Positions 38,058 to 49,511 of a stretch of 64,000 nt of DNA are shown here, one piece after another. Under the pieces are notes generated by a model. The model saw only the letters and a list, made by a program, of their open reading frames with translations. It was not told where the DNA came from and did not search any database. This DNA is from Lachnospiraceae bacterium (GTDB taxonomy: Bacteria; Bacillota; Clostridia; Lachnospirales; Lachnospiraceae), in NCBI GenBank assembly GCA_022652545.1, contig JALCRM010000003.1:78885-142884 (forward strand), read 5' to 3'. The translations under genes were made by a program, and so were the position numbers. Position 1 is the first letter of the stretch. The number at the start of each line of letters is the position of its first letter.

Positions 38058-39377
38058 ATGAACGCTGATAAAAAGGCAAAGATCGTGATCATAGGCGGCG
38101 GCCCGGCGGGCCTGTCCGCTGCGGCGGCTGCGAATGAAGCAGGCGCGGCTGCCGGGGACATCCTGATCCTCGAGCGTGACAATGTGCTGGGGGGCATTCT
38201 GAACCAGTGCATCCACAACGGATTCGGACTGCACACCTTCAAGGAGGAGCTGACCGGCCCGGAATATGCGGCCCGTTTTGTCAGCACGGTGCAGGAGCGC
38301 GGGATCCCGTATCTTCTGAATACCATTGTAGTCGACATTTCCGTGGACGGGGACGGCAGCAAGGTCGTGTCCGCCATGAACAGGACGGACGGATTTTTCA
38401 CGGTGCGGGCAGATGCAGTGATCCTGGCCATGGGCTGCAGGGAACGTCCGAGGGGAGCGCTGAACATCCCCGGATACCGGCCGGCGGGCATATATACCGC
38501 GGGCACCGCGCAGCGTTTTGTCAACATCGAAGGCAGGATGCCCGGGCATGAGGTCGTGATCCTGGGATCCGGAGACATAGGGCTCATCATGGCGCGCCGC
38601 ATGACGCTGGAAGGCGCAAAGGTCAAGGTCGTGGCGGAACTCATGCCTTATTCGGGCGGCCTGAAGCGCAATATCGTGCAGTGCCTGGATGACTTCGGTA
38701 TTCCGCTGAAACTCAGCCATACGGTCACCGATATCAGGGGACGCGAGCGTGTGGAAGCCGTCACCATCGCGGAAGTCGGTCCGGACCGCAAGCCGGTGCC
38801 GGGTACCGAGGAAACCTATACCTGCGATACACTTCTTCTTTCCTGCGGGCTCATTCCCGAAAATGAACTGTCTTCCCAGCTGGGCGTCGAACTGAGCCGT
38901 GTGACTTCCGGCCCCGTTGTGAACGAATCCCTGGAGACTTCCGTGCCCGGTGTTTTTGCCTGCGGCAACGTGCTGCATGTGCATGACCTTGTGGACTATG
39001 TTTCCGAAGAGGCGGCGAATGCGGGCAGAAATGCGGCCGGCTATGTCGAAGGGAACGGCAGTGAAGGAAAGCCGGAGGAAGACGGAACGCCGGTACAGGT
39101 CATTGCGAAGGACGGTGTGAGATACACGGTGCCTTCGTCGATCCGCATCGGGCGCATGAATGACCTGCAGCTTATCCGTTTCCGCGTGGGCGCCGTCTAC
39201 CGGGATGCTTCAATCGCGATCGATTTCAACGATACCGTAGTGCGTACACAGAAGAAACGTATCCTGGCACCCGGCGAAATGGAGCAGGTCATTCTGAAGA
39301 AAGAGGATCTGCAGAAATTCGAAGGACTGAAGACCATTACCATACGGGTAGATACGAGTGAGGCGAAAAAACAATGA
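38058..39377 (+). CDS. NAD(P)/FAD-dependent oxidoreductase, probable partner subunit
   Basis: GGGPAG, GGILNQCIHNGFG, GSGDIGLIMARR, GNVLHVHDLVD. Confidence 0.85.
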   Translation: MNADKKAKIVIIGGGPAGLSAAAAANEAGAAAGDILILERDNVLGGILNQCIHNGFGLHTFKEELTGPEYAARFVSTVQERGIPYLLNTIVVDISVDGDGSKVVSAMNRTDGFFTVRADAVILAMGCRERPRGALNIPGYRPAGIYTAGTAQRFVNIEGRMPGHEVVILGSGDIGLIMARRMTLEGAKVKVVAELMPYSGGLKRNIVQCLDDFGIPLKLSHTVTDIRGRERVEAVTIAEVGPDRKPVPGTEETYTCDTLLLSCGLIPENELSSQLGVELSRVTSGPVVNESLETSVPGVFACGNVLHVHDLVDYVSEEAANAGRNAAGYVEGNGSEGKPEEDGTPVQVIAKDGVRYTVPSSIRIGRMNDLQLIRFRVGAVYRDASIAIDFNDTVVRTQKKRILAPGEMEQVILKKEDLQKFEGLKTITIRVDTSEAKKQ

Positions 39378-39745
39378 GCAGGATCACGGAACTGACATGT
39401 ATACGCTGTCCCATCGGCTGCCAGATCACAGTCACGCAGGATGACGACGGGAAAGTGACAGAGATCAAGGGAAATTCCTGCCCCCGCGGCTATGAGTACG
39501 CCGGCAGCGAGGTCACAAATCCGGTTCGCACAGTTACGAGTACGGTCCATGTGGAAGGGGGCGTACTGCCCGTCACTTCCGTCAAGACGAAGGGAGATAT
39601 CCCGAAGGGCCGTATCTTTGACTGCATGCAGGCGATCAATGCAGCTTCCGTCAAGGCACCGGCAGCGATCGGCGACGTGGTGATCCGCGACGTCTGCGGA
39701 CTGGGCGTCGACGTCATCGTGACCAGGGCTGTGGCAAAAGCTTAG
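39374..39745 (+). CDS. DUF1667 small Cys-containing protein
   Basis: [23 protein letters not shown]. Confidence 0.85.
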   Translation: MSRITELTCIRCPIGCQITVTQDDDGKVTEIKGNSCPRGYEYAGSEVTNPVRTVTSTVHVEGGVLPVTSVKTKGDIPKGRIFDCMQAINAASVKAPAAIGDVVIRDVCGLGVDVIVTRAVAKA

Positions 39746-39770
39746 CAATATCGTATTCCGGGAGGACGAT

Positions 39771-41270
39771 ATGGACGGGTATATCATGGCGCTGGATCAG
39801 GGCACTACCAGTTCCCGCTGCATTCTGTTTGACCACAGCGGCAGGATCTGTTCCCTGGCACAGCAGGAGTTCACGCAGTATTTCCCAAAGCCGGGCTGGG
39901 TGGAGCACAACGCGCTGGAGATCTGGTCTTCCCAGTATGCCGTGGCGACAGAGGCCATGGCAAGGATTGCGGTGACCGCAAAAGATATCGCGGCGATCGG
40001 CATCACCAATCAGAGAGAGACAACGATCCTGTGGGACCGCAGGACCGGCATGCCTGTCTGTAGTGCCATAGTATGGCAGTGCCGAAGGACGGCGGAGCGC
40101 ATCGACAGGCTCACGCCTGAGGAAAAGGAGATGATCCGGGAAAAGACCGGCCTCGTCCCCGATGCATATTTTTCCGCAAGCAAGATCGAATGGATCCTGG
40201 ACAACGTGAAGGGCGTACGCGAAAGAGCCCTGCAGGGAGAGATCTGTTTTGGCAATGTGGACGCCTGGCTCATCTATAAACTGACCGGCGGGCAGACACA
40301 CGTCACGGATTATACGAATGCCTCCCGCACGATGCTGTTCAATATCCATACGAAGCAGTGGGATGAAGAGCTGCTGAAGCTGTTCCACATCCCGGCGGAC
40401 ATCCTGCCGAAGGTACAGCCCTCCGGGAAGATCTTCGGCTACACCGACGAAAGCGTGCTCGGCGGTCGCATTCCGATCGCAGCCGCGGCCGGCGACCAGC
40501 AGGCCGCCCTTTTCGGCCAGTGCTGTTTCGGGCCGGGGGAAGTCAAGAACACGTACGGCACCGGAGGCTTTCTGCTCATGAATACGGGTACGCGCGCCAT
40601 CACTTCGGCGCACGGGCTGCTGACGACGATGGCGGCGGTGTGCGAGGGAGAACCGGTGCAGTACGCGCTGGAAGGCAGCGTGTTCGTGGCGGGCTCGATC
40701 ATACAGTGGCTGCGCGATGAGATGCGCATGATCAAAACAGCGGCCCAGTCGGAAGAGTACGCCGACGAGGCCTTCGACACGGCAGGTGTTTACATCGTCC
40801 CGGCCTTTACCGGGATGGGTGCTCCTTACTGGAATCCGTACGCGCGGGGCACGGTCGTGGGGATCACAAGGGGCTGCAAGAAGGAACACTTTATCCGCGC
40901 GGCGCTGGAATCGATCGCTTTTCAGTCCATGGACGTGATTCATGCGATGGAAGAGGACGCAGGCGTGCCGCTGAACGGTCTGAAGGTGGACGGCGGCGCA
41001 AGTTCCAACAATTTTCTCGTGAAGTTCCAGGCAGACCTGATCGGCAAGGAAGTGAGCAGACCGAAATGCATCGAGACCACCGCGCTGGGCGCCGCTTACC
41101 TGGCCGGCCTGACAGTCGGTTACTGGAAGGACAGGGACGAGGTCCGTGCCAACTGGCAGCTAGGGCGGAAATTCGTGCCGGATATGCAGGAGGAAGAGCG
41201 CGCGGAGCTTCTGCGAGGCTGGAAACGTGCGGTGCACTGTGCGATCGGGTGGGCTGACGATAGGGAGTAA
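39771..41270 (+). CDS. glpK: Glycerol kinase
   Basis: [46 protein letters not shown]. Confidence 0.97.
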   Translation: MDGYIMALDQGTTSSRCILFDHSGRICSLAQQEFTQYFPKPGWVEHNALEIWSSQYAVATEAMARIAVTAKDIAAIGITNQRETTILWDRRTGMPVCSAIVWQCRRTAERIDRLTPEEKEMIREKTGLVPDAYFSASKIEWILDNVKGVRERALQGEICFGNVDAWLIYKLTGGQTHVTDYTNASRTMLFNIHTKQWDEELLKLFHIPADILPKVQPSGKIFGYTDESVLGGRIPIAAAAGDQQAALFGQCCFGPGEVKNTYGTGGFLLMNTGTRAITSAHGLLTTMAAVCEGEPVQYALEGSVFVAGSIIQWLRDEMRMIKTAAQSEEYADEAFDTAGVYIVPAFTGMGAPYWNPYARGTVVGITRGCKKEHFIRAALESIAFQSMDVIHAMEEDAGVPLNGLKVDGGASSNNFLVKFQADLIGKEVSRPKCIETTALGAAYLAGLTVGYWKDRDEVRANWQLGRKFVPDMQEEERAELLRGWKRAVHCAIGWADDRE

Positions 41271-41348
41271 TGGGACCGGAGAAGCGGGGGAGGACAGTCC
41301 CCCCGCGCTCCGGGACAGCATTTCCGACAAAATCAGCTCCTTTAAGTT

Positions 41349-41406
41349 GGTTAATTTCACTCATTGACCATAGATAAATTTAGTCTATAATTTAATTAAA
41401 TTAACC
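41349..41406 (+). promoter_or_regulatory. Promoter of the GH36/mannan operon with palindromic operator-like elements
   Basis: TTGACC-16bp-TATAAT, flanked by the inverted repeat GGTTAATTT/AAATTAACC. Confidence 0.6.
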
Positions 41407-41541
41407 GAGCGGCGGAAAGCTCTTCAATGTTCCGCTGTCCGGCACCTGGGCAGACGGTACATGTATTGCGGGCAATATCGCAGCATTTGACTGTCTGCCT
41501 GTTTTTGTAGAACCGGCAATGATCGGAGGCGGAAACATTAC

Positions 41542-43692
41542 ATGGTCAGGACTTATGAGTATCAGGAAGGAAAGCTGCATGTCGTCTTTGGCTTAACGGA
41601 GGAAAACCGGATCCGGCTGCTGCACTATTCGGCGGCGCCGTACGATCCGGACAGGCCGGCGGAACCGGCGAATTACTATCTCGAGGGGTACCAGTTCGCA
41701 GCACTGAATTTTTCGGGGCTGAACCGGCCGTATGAAAAACAGGGCAGTATGTATGTCTGCACCGAGCCCGGTACTTCCATGACTTTCGCGGGGCTTACGG
41801 AGACCCGCACGAAGGAAGGGCGCCTCGTGACGATCGTGCAGGAAGACGCCGCCACGGGGGCGAGGGTGGAGACCTGCCTCCAGTTCTTTGACGGACTTTC
41901 CACCGCCCGGTTTGTCAACACGGTGACCAACATCGGTACGCAGACGCAGACACTCGAATATCTGGGCTCCTTTTCACTGCTCGGACTTGAAAAGGAAGGC
42001 ATACAGGATGCGGACCGCAAGATGCGCCTTTACATTCCCCATAACAGCTGGCAGAAGGAACTCAGCTGGCAGTGCATGACCTTTGCGGAACTCGGCCTGC
42101 CGCAGAACCAGCCGCACAATTTCGCGCGCACGAGCAAGACGATCGAATTCACCAACACCGGGAACTGGTCCGCAAAGGACTATCTGCCGATGGGCTATAT
42201 CGAGAATACCGAGGCGGACACCGGCCTGTTCTTCCAGATCGAGCACGACGGCTCCTGGCACTGGGAGGTCGGGATGCAGAACAGCCACTTTTACCTGAAT
42301 GTGTCCGGCCCGACGGAAGTCCAGTCCCATTTTTCAAAACAGCTGGAACCGGGAGACAGCTTCACTGCCGTTCCGGTCAGCGCAGGCGTTTCGGATGCGG
42401 ACATTTCCGATGCGATGGGCGAACTCACGGAATACCGCCGCAGGATACGCCGTCCGAACGCGGACGACCGGGCACTGCCGGTCATCTTCAACGACTACAT
42501 GAACTGCCTTTTCGGGGATCCTACCGCGCAGAAGGAGAAGCCGCTGATCGATGCGGCCGCGGCAGCTGGCTGCGAGTATTTCGTCATCGATGCCGGCTGG
42601 TACGCACCCGGCGAATGGTGGGCCGGCGTGGGAGAGTGGCAGGAGTGTCTGGAGCGCTTTCCGAACGGCCTGCGCGAGATCTGTGACTATGCCCGTTCGA
42701 AGGGACTTGTCCCCGGTGTCTGGGTGGAGCCCGAAGTCATGGGCATACACTGCAGGCTGGCCGACAGCGTGCCGGATGACTGGTTCTTCCTGCGCCACGG
42801 AAAACGTGTCTTTGACCGCAGCCGCTATCAGCTCGACTACCGTAACCCGGAGGTCACAGCCCATATGAACGCTGTCGTGGACCGGCTGGTGCAGGACTGC
42901 GGCGTGGGGTACTTCAAGTTTGACTACAATATCGAACCCGGCATCGGCACGGAACTGCACGCCGACAGCTTCGGAGACGGGCTGCTCGCGCACGAGCGCG
43001 CCTATCTGGCCTGGCTGGACGGGCTTTTTGCAAAATATCCGGATCTTGTCATAGAGAACTGCTCCAGCGGCGGCCTGCGCATGGACTATGCACTGCTGTC
43101 GCGCTGCAGCATACAGTCGACAAGCGACCAGGAGGATTATGTGCAGTACTCCACGATCGCTGCCAATGTGCCTACGGGCGTGACGAGCGAACAGGCGGCC
43201 GTCTGGTCCTATCCTCTGAAACAGGGAGATCCGGAGGAAGCGGTCTTCAATATGGTGAATGCGCTGCTTTGCCGCATCCACCAGAGCGGGCATCTGGCCG
43301 AGATCTCGCCGGAGCGTTTTGCCCTGGTGCAGGAAGGCATTTCCTATTACAAGACCATCCGGCACGATATCGCCGTATCCGTACCGTTCTGGCCGCTGGG
43401 GCTGGCGCACACTGCCGATCCGTGGGTCGCGCTGGCTGTCAGGACAGGAGAAAAAGCCTATCTTGCGGTGTGGCGCAGGAACACGGCCGTGAACGGTGCC
43501 GGGAGCGACTTTGCGGAGATCCCGCTTGGAAAACTCTGGAAAGACAGGAACACCGCGGAGCTGCACGTGCGTCTCGCCTATCCGGAAAAGGCCCTTAAGG
43601 AACATTGTACCTACAGTTACACCGGAAGCAGCGCGCTCCTTACGGTGCACTTCACACAGACGTGCATGGCACGTATTTTTGAGATCAGCTGA
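41542..43692 (+). CDS. GH36-family alpha-galactosidase
   Basis: FVIDAGWY, FPNGL, GVWVEPE, YFKFDYN, ENCSSGGLRMD, STSD. Confidence 0.85.
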   Translation: MVRTYEYQEGKLHVVFGLTEENRIRLLHYSAAPYDPDRPAEPANYYLEGYQFAALNFSGLNRPYEKQGSMYVCTEPGTSMTFAGLTETRTKEGRLVTIVQEDAATGARVETCLQFFDGLSTARFVNTVTNIGTQTQTLEYLGSFSLLGLEKEGIQDADRKMRLYIPHNSWQKELSWQCMTFAELGLPQNQPHNFARTSKTIEFTNTGNWSAKDYLPMGYIENTEADTGLFFQIEHDGSWHWEVGMQNSHFYLNVSGPTEVQSHFSKQLEPGDSFTAVPVSAGVSDADISDAMGELTEYRRRIRRPNADDRALPVIFNDYMNCLFGDPTAQKEKPLIDAAAAAGCEYFVIDAGWYAPGEWWAGVGEWQECLERFPNGLREICDYARSKGLVPGVWVEPEVMGIHCRLADSVPDDWFFLRHGKRVFDRSRYQLDYRNPEVTAHMNAVVDRLVQDCGVGYFKFDYNIEPGIGTELHADSFGDGLLAHERAYLAWLDGLFAKYPDLVIENCSSGGLRMDYALLSRCSIQSTSDQEDYVQYSTIAANVPTGVTSEQAAVWSYPLKQGDPEEAVFNMVNALLCRIHQSGHLAEISPERFALVQEGISYYKTIRHDIAVSVPFWPLGLAHTADPWVALAVRTGEKAYLAVWRRNTAVNGAGSDFAEIPLGKLWKDRNTAELHVRLAYPEKALKEHCTYSYTGSSALLTVHFTQTCMARIFEIS

Positions 43693-43714
43693 GCCCCGGA
43701 GAGGAGAGGACCCC

Positions 43715-44914
43715 ATGACAGACAGAGAGTTTCTGGAACAGATCACAGCGCATGTCAAAACAAAGATCATCCCGTTTTGGGAAGGTCTGCGCGACGATGA
43801 GAACGGCGGCTTTTACGGAGGCGTGGACTTTGACCTGCACGTCGACAGGAAGGCCGCCAAGGGCGTGATCCTGAACAGCCGTATCGTATGGTTTTTTTCA
43901 AGAGGGTATCTTACGCTCGGAGACCCTGTACTTCTTGACTGCGCGCGGCACGGCTATGAATTCATGAAGCAGCGCTGCTTTGACGCGCAGGAAGGCGGCG
44001 TGTTCTGGTCCGTGAAATTTGACGGCACCCCGGAGGACACCACCAAGCATACGTATAACCAGGCCTTTTCCATCTATGCGCTGTCGGAGTATTATGAAGC
44101 ATCGAAGGATCCGGAGGCGCTCGCTCTCGCGAAGGCACAGTTCCGCACCATTGAGGACCGCTGTTTTGACGGCGGGTACCTCGAGGCACTGGACCGGAAC
44201 TTCCGCCCTGTCAGCAACGACAAGCTGTCGGAAAACGGCGTGCTGGCGGACCGGACGATGAACACGCTGCTGCACGTGTTCGAGGCTTATACGAATCTCT
44301 ACCGTGTGAGCCGGGACAGTGCGGTGAAGGAACGGCTGGAATGGATCATGACCGAGTTTGCGCAGAAGGTCTGGAACCCGGAGCTGCGGCGGCAGGAAGT
44401 GTTTTTTGACCGCGACATGCATTCGATCCTGGATCTCTATTCCTACGGGCACGACATAGAGACCAGCTGGCTGATGGATTTTGGAGTAGAAGTGCTGGGG
44501 GAGCCGGCCTACCGCGACCTGATCGCGCCGATCTCCGACGCCATGCTCGACAACCTGACGCGTGTGGCTTACGACGGACATTCGCTGCCGCAGGAATGCG
44601 ACCGCGGCGTGGTAAACAACACACGGGTGTGGTGGGTACAGGCCGAGACGGTGCTGGGGTATCTGAACGGTGCGCTGAAGCACCCTGAACGGCCGGAATA
44701 CATGGAGAATGCAAAGAGCACCTGGGAGTATATCAGGACATATATCGTGGATCCGCGGGAAGGCGGCGAATGGTTCTGGGACTGCGACGCGGACAACGTA
44801 CCGTCCGACAGGAAGCCGATCGTGGAGCCGTGGAAATGCCCGTACCACAACGGGAGAATGTGTTTTGAAGTGATCCGGAGACTGGGCGGGAAGACGGAAA
44901 GGGAGGAAGTATGA
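43715..44914 (+). CDS. Cellobiose/mannobiose 2-epimerase (AGE family)
   Basis: [43 protein letters not shown]. Confidence 0.93.
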   Translation: MTDREFLEQITAHVKTKIIPFWEGLRDDENGGFYGGVDFDLHVDRKAAKGVILNSRIVWFFSRGYLTLGDPVLLDCARHGYEFMKQRCFDAQEGGVFWSVKFDGTPEDTTKHTYNQAFSIYALSEYYEASKDPEALALAKAQFRTIEDRCFDGGYLEALDRNFRPVSNDKLSENGVLADRTMNTLLHVFEAYTNLYRVSRDSAVKERLEWIMTEFAQKVWNPELRRQEVFFDRDMHSILDLYSYGHDIETSWLMDFGVEVLGEPAYRDLIAPISDAMLDNLTRVAYDGHSLPQECDRGVVNNTRVWWVQAETVLGYLNGALKHPERPEYMENAKSTWEYIRTYIVDPREGGEWFWDCDADNVPSDRKPIVEPWKCPYHNGRMCFEVIRRLGGKTEREEV

Positions 44915-46095
44915 CGGAATTCGAAGAGAATCTGGCAAGGGAACAGAAAAAACTGGACGAGCTGCTTTCCAGGAAAAACAGGGTCAGCGGGGAGTTCTAC
45001 AACGGGATCTACGACCGGTATGAAAACCCGGTCCTGACCAGGGAGATGGTGCCGCTGTTCTGGAAGTACGATATGGACCCGGCGACCAACCCTCATTTTA
45101 TGGAGCGGCTCGGGATCAATGCCGTCATGAACTCCGGCGCGATCTACCTGAACGGCAAATTCTGCCTGGTGGCGCGCATCGAAGGGGCGGACCGCAAATC
45201 CTTCTTCGGCGTGGCGGAGAGCGACAGCGGCGTGGACGGTTTCCGCTTCCGCGACTATCCCATCCAGCTGGAGGATACCTGCCCCGAAGAGACCAACGTG
45301 TATGATATGCGTCTGACACAGCATGAGGACGGCTGGATCTACGGCGTGTTCTGCTCCGAGAGCAAGGACCGCAGCAATCCGGATCTGTCTGCGGCAGTCG
45401 CCGCGGCAGGCATCGTGCGCACCAGGGACCTGGAACACTGGGAGCGCCTGGACAACCTGACGACACTGCATTCTCCCCAGCAGCGCAACGTGCTCCTGTT
45501 TCCGGAGTTCGTGCAGGGCAAATACGCCTTCTACACCCGCCCGATGGACGACTTCATCGAAACGGGATCCGGCGGAGGCATAGGCTTCGGCCTTTCCGAC
45601 AGCATCGAGCACGCGGTCATCGACGAGGAAAGGATGACCAGCCTGCGCAAATATCACACCATTACGGAAGTGAAGAACGGCGCCGGCGCCATTCCGATCA
45701 AAACAGACCGGGGCTGGATCCACATCGCGCACGGCGTGCGCAATACGGCAGCGGGCCTGCGCTATGTCATCTACTGTTTTGCCACGGCACTGGACGACCC
45801 TGCACGCGTCATTGCGGAACCGTCCGGGCTGCTCATCGGGCCACGCGGCGCAGAGCGGACCGGCGACGTTTCGAACGTCGTCTTTACAAATGGCGCGATC
45901 GTACACGACGGTACCGTATATATCTACTATGCTTCGAGTGACACCAGGATGCACGTGGCGGTGACCACGCTGGAAAAACTGACGGATTATGTATTCAACA
46001 CCCCGGCCGACCCGGGACGCAGCGTCCTCTGCGTAAGGCAGCGCTGTGACCTGATCCGCAGGAACCTGGAGTACATGGGCGGGAAGAAAGGGTGA
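44911..46095 (+). CDS. GH130 4-O-beta-D-mannosyl-D-glucose phosphorylase
   Basis: [51 protein letters not shown]. Confidence 0.93.
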   Translation: MTEFEENLAREQKKLDELLSRKNRVSGEFYNGIYDRYENPVLTREMVPLFWKYDMDPATNPHFMERLGINAVMNSGAIYLNGKFCLVARIEGADRKSFFGVAESDSGVDGFRFRDYPIQLEDTCPEETNVYDMRLTQHEDGWIYGVFCSESKDRSNPDLSAAVAAAGIVRTRDLEHWERLDNLTTLHSPQQRNVLLFPEFVQGKYAFYTRPMDDFIETGSGGGIGFGLSDSIEHAVIDEERMTSLRKYHTITEVKNGAGAIPIKTDRGWIHIAHGVRNTAAGLRYVIYCFATALDDPARVIAEPSGLLIGPRGAERTGDVSNVVFTNGAIVHDGTVYIYYASSDTRMHVAVTTLEKLTDYVFNTPADPGRSVLCVRQRCDLIRRNLEYMGGKKG

Positions 46096-46099
46096 GACA

Positions 46100-47074
46100 G
46101 TGAAAACGTACAGGCAACCGGTATTTGTGACGCCCTGTTTTGAAAAGAGGATCTGGGGCGGGCGGCGCCTTGCCACAGAGTTCGGCTTTGACATTCCGGA
46201 CGGCAGCATCGGCGAGTGCTGGGCAGTCAGCGCGTATCCTGGCCATGAGTCAGAGGTCCTGAACGGCAGCGGGAAGGGCCTTCGGCTTTCCGAATTCTGG
46301 GAACGCGAGCCCGGCTTTTTCGGGGCGCTCCCGGACAGTTACGTGAAGGCCGGCTATCCGTTCATTACGAAGATCATTGACGCCAGGGATGACCTGAGCA
46401 TACAGGTGCATCCGGACGATGCGTATGCCGCAGCCCATGAAAACGGGGCGCGCGGAAAAACAGAATGCTGGTACATTCTGGACTGCCCGGCCGGCGCCAC
46501 GCTCGTTCTCGGGCACAATGCCGCGACGCGTGCACAGTTTGCCGATATGGTCAGGGAACACAGGTGGAACGAACTGCTGCGAAGGGTCCCCGTAAGAAAG
46601 GGAGATTTCATACAGCTGGAGCCCGGCACGATCCACGCGATCACGGCAGGTGTGATGCTGCTGGAAACGCAGCAGAGCAGCGACGTGACCTACCGCCTTT
46701 ATGACTACGACCGCCTGGAAGACGGAAAACCGAGACAGCTGCACCTTTCGCAGAGCATTGATGTGGTGACGGTACCCGAAAAGGACGGCGACTCCATGGT
46801 AAAACATATGGCAGACACGCCGGTGAACGTGGCGACGGAGATGGTGACCTGCCGCTTTTACAGTACATACCGTCTGCCTGTGCAGGGCACGGCCGTTCTT
46901 GGCAGCTCGGAGCTGTTCCGGATCGCCACGGTCACGGGCGGGAGCGGAACGCTCACCGCGGACGGGACGGTATACAGCCTGGAAAGGGGCGCGAGCTTCC
47001 TGCTTCCTGCAGGGGGCGCGGACTGCACGCTGCGGGGCAGCCTGGAGCTGATCCTAGGCAGGCCGGTGCTGTAG
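46100..47074 (+). CDS. manA: Class I mannose-6-phosphate isomerase
   Basis: IWGG, GECW, LSIQVHPDD, GKTECWY, GTIHA, ETQQSSDVTYR. Confidence 0.93.
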   Translation: MKTYRQPVFVTPCFEKRIWGGRRLATEFGFDIPDGSIGECWAVSAYPGHESEVLNGSGKGLRLSEFWEREPGFFGALPDSYVKAGYPFITKIIDARDDLSIQVHPDDAYAAAHENGARGKTECWYILDCPAGATLVLGHNAATRAQFADMVREHRWNELLRRVPVRKGDFIQLEPGTIHAITAGVMLLETQQSSDVTYRLYDYDRLEDGKPRQLHLSQSIDVVTVPEKDGDSMVKHMADTPVNVATEMVTCRFYSTYRLPVQGTAVLGSSELFRIATVTGGSGTLTADGTVYSLERGASFLLPAGGADCTLRGSLELILGRPVL

Positions 47075-47114
47075 CAGATTCTGCTTGTCATAATTACGGA
47101 TAAGGTGGAAAATG

Positions 47115-47153
47115 AACCTGTTCTGCGGGCAAGAGGCAGAACAGGTTTTATTT
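47115..47153 (+). terminator. Intrinsic terminator of the mannan operon
   Basis: AACCTGTTCTGC...GCAGAACAGGTT followed by TTATTT. Confidence 0.75.
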
Positions 47154-47201
47154 GCATAAGTATACGATTATGAACCGGGGCCTTCCTCAGGAGGTATTGG
47201 T

Positions 47202-48392
47202 TTGCTCAATCAGCATTACAGGGATATGCTCGGCAGAAAGTCCGTGATCCGGGAACTTTCCGAATATGCAGGCAGGCGCGCGGCGGAAGTGGGCGCTGAA
47301 AATGTTTATGATTTTACGCTTGGCAATCCTTCCGTACCGGCACCCGACAGTTTCCGCGACAGCTGCATCCGCGAACTTATGACGCGCGATCCGGTACAGC
47401 TGCACGGCTACAGTCCGAGCCTCGGGATCCCGGAAGTGAACGAAAAGGTGGCGGCATCCCTGAACCGCCGCTTCGGGATGCACTACACGGCGGGACATAT
47501 TTTTACCGCGACGGGAGCTGCCGGCGCACTGGCACATGCGCTGCGCGCCGTCACTAAACCGGGTGACAGGGTACTGGTGCCGGCTCCTTATTTTCCGGAG
47601 TACGGTCCGTACATCGAGGGAACCGGGGCACAGATGCAGGCAGTACCTGCCCGGTTTGAAGATTTCCAGATCAATCTCGAAAAGATGGCCGGGATGCTCA
47701 CGGCAGACGTCGCGGCCGTCCTCATCAATTCTCCGAACAACCCGTCCGGTGCGGTCTATTCCGAAGAGACCCTGCGTCAGCTGGCGCAGCTGCTGGAGGA
47801 CGGACAGAAGAAGTTCGGCCATGCCATTTTCCTGATCTCGGATGAGCCCTACCGCGAGATCGTCTTTGACGGAAAAACGGTCCCGTACACCGCGCACTTC
47901 TATAATAATACGATCACCTGCTACTCTTTTTCCAAGTCGCTTTCCATACCGGGCGAACGTATCGGCTATGTGGCCGTGAACCCCGCATGTGAGGACGCGG
48001 AACTCATTGTGCCGGTCTGCGGGCAGATCTCGCGCGGCATCGGGCACAACTGCCCTTCTTCGCTCATCATGCGCGCCATGGCGGACAATGCTGACTGTAC
48101 TGCGGACCTGCACGTCTATGAGACCAATATGAACCTTCTTTATGATACTTTCAGGAAACTGGGCTTTGACGTCGTACGTCCGGGCGGCACTTTCTACATC
48201 ATGCCCAGAGCTCTTGAAAAGGATTCCGTGAGCTTCTGCAGAAAGGCCATGGCGCATGACCTGATCTTCGTACCGGCTGACGGGTTCGGCGCACCGGGCT
48301 GGTTCCGCGTCGCGTACTGCCTGCCTACAGGGAAAGTGGAACGTTCGCTGGGCGTGATCGAAAACTTTGTGAAGACGGAATACGGGAAATAA
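47202..48392 (+). CDS. PLP-dependent class I/II aminotransferase
   Basis: LGNP, NSPNNPSG, SDEPY, SFSKSLSIPGERIGY. Confidence 0.92.
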   Translation: MLNQHYRDMLGRKSVIRELSEYAGRRAAEVGAENVYDFTLGNPSVPAPDSFRDSCIRELMTRDPVQLHGYSPSLGIPEVNEKVAASLNRRFGMHYTAGHIFTATGAAGALAHALRAVTKPGDRVLVPAPYFPEYGPYIEGTGAQMQAVPARFEDFQINLEKMAGMLTADVAAVLINSPNNPSGAVYSEETLRQLAQLLEDGQKKFGHAIFLISDEPYREIVFDGKTVPYTAHFYNNTITCYSFSKSLSIPGERIGYVAVNPACEDAELIVPVCGQISRGIGHNCPSSLIMRAMADNADCTADLHVYETNMNLLYDTFRKLGFDVVRPGGTFYIMPRALEKDSVSFCRKAMAHDLIFVPADGFGAPGWFRVAYCLPTGKVERSLGVIENFVKTEYGK

Positions 48393-48416
48393 GCGGGGCA
48401 CGAGGAGAGAGCGGAT

Positions 48417-49256
48417 ATGCTGAATCTGATCAAGGCTGCAATATACGGGCTTGTGGAAGGAATAACGGAATGGCTGCCCATCAGCAGTACCGGACACATG
48501 ATACTGCTGAACAAGGTAATGCCTATGGATGTGAGCCAGGATTTCTGGGATATGTTTCTGGTGGTGATCCAGTTCGGCGCCATCCTGGCGGTCATCATTC
48601 TGTACTGGAGAACGATATGGCCGTTTGAGATCGCTTCGCACCGCCGCAGGAGATATGTGGCGGTAAAGCGTAATACACTGCAGCTGTGGGCAAAGGCCCT
48701 GGTCGCCTGTATACCGGCGGCAGCCGTGGGCGTGCTCGGCAGCGACTGGCTGGATGCCCACTTTTATAACTGGATCTGCGTTTCCGTCATGCTTGTCGCA
48801 GTCGGCGCAGCCTTTATCATCATAGAAATGCTGAACAGGGACAGGGAACCGGCGACCACCGACCTGGACGACCTGACATACGGGCAGGCGCTGGCCATCG
48901 GAGGCTTTCAGCTGATCGCGGCAGTCTTTCCCGGCACTTCCCGTTCGGGGGCCACGATCCTCGGAGGACTGATGATCGGAGTGTCCCGGAAGGTGGCGGC
49001 GGAGTTTACCTTCATCCTTGCCATACCGGTCATGGCGGGGGCCAGTCTTCTGAAACTTGTAAAGCACGGCTTTTCCTTTACCGGGCAGGAAGAAGCGATC
49101 CTGGGAATCGGCATGGCGGTCGCGTTTTTCGTTTCCCTGGCAGTGATACGCTTCCTGATGAACTTCATACGCAGGCACGACTTTAAGCCGTTCGGCTGGT
49201 ACCGTATCGCCCTCGGCAGTTTTGTGATCCTGTACTTCGGCGTACTGGCAAGGTAA
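48417..49256 (+). CDS. uppP: Undecaprenyl-diphosphate phosphatase
   Basis: VEGITEWLPISSTGH, IQFGAILAV, PGTSRSGATI, FGWYRI. Confidence 0.96.
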   Translation: MLNLIKAAIYGLVEGITEWLPISSTGHMILLNKVMPMDVSQDFWDMFLVVIQFGAILAVIILYWRTIWPFEIASHRRRRYVAVKRNTLQLWAKALVACIPAAAVGVLGSDWLDAHFYNWICVSVMLVAVGAAFIIIEMLNRDREPATTDLDDLTYGQALAIGGFQLIAAVFPGTSRSGATILGGLMIGVSRKVAAEFTFILAIPVMAGASLLKLVKHGFSFTGQEEAILGIGMAVAFFVSLAVIRFLMNFIRRHDFKPFGWYRIALGSFVILYFGVLAR

Positions 49257-49511
49257 AGCCAGGGGCAGACGCAGCGTGCATTTTTTTATAAACAATTCAA
49301 TAGGCAGACGAAATTACGAAAACGCTTAACGCCCGAAGAACCTACAGAATGCGTCACTTTGTGTGCAATTTCATAAATAAAGTGAATTCTTGACGAAAAG
49401 ATTGACTATAAGATTTTCTTGTGATAGTCTTAGCGCGTAATTGAGGAGTCTGAAGCCCACTGAACCGTAAAGGGCGCGTTTTCACTGTGTTTGATCGAAA
49501 GGAGAAATACC

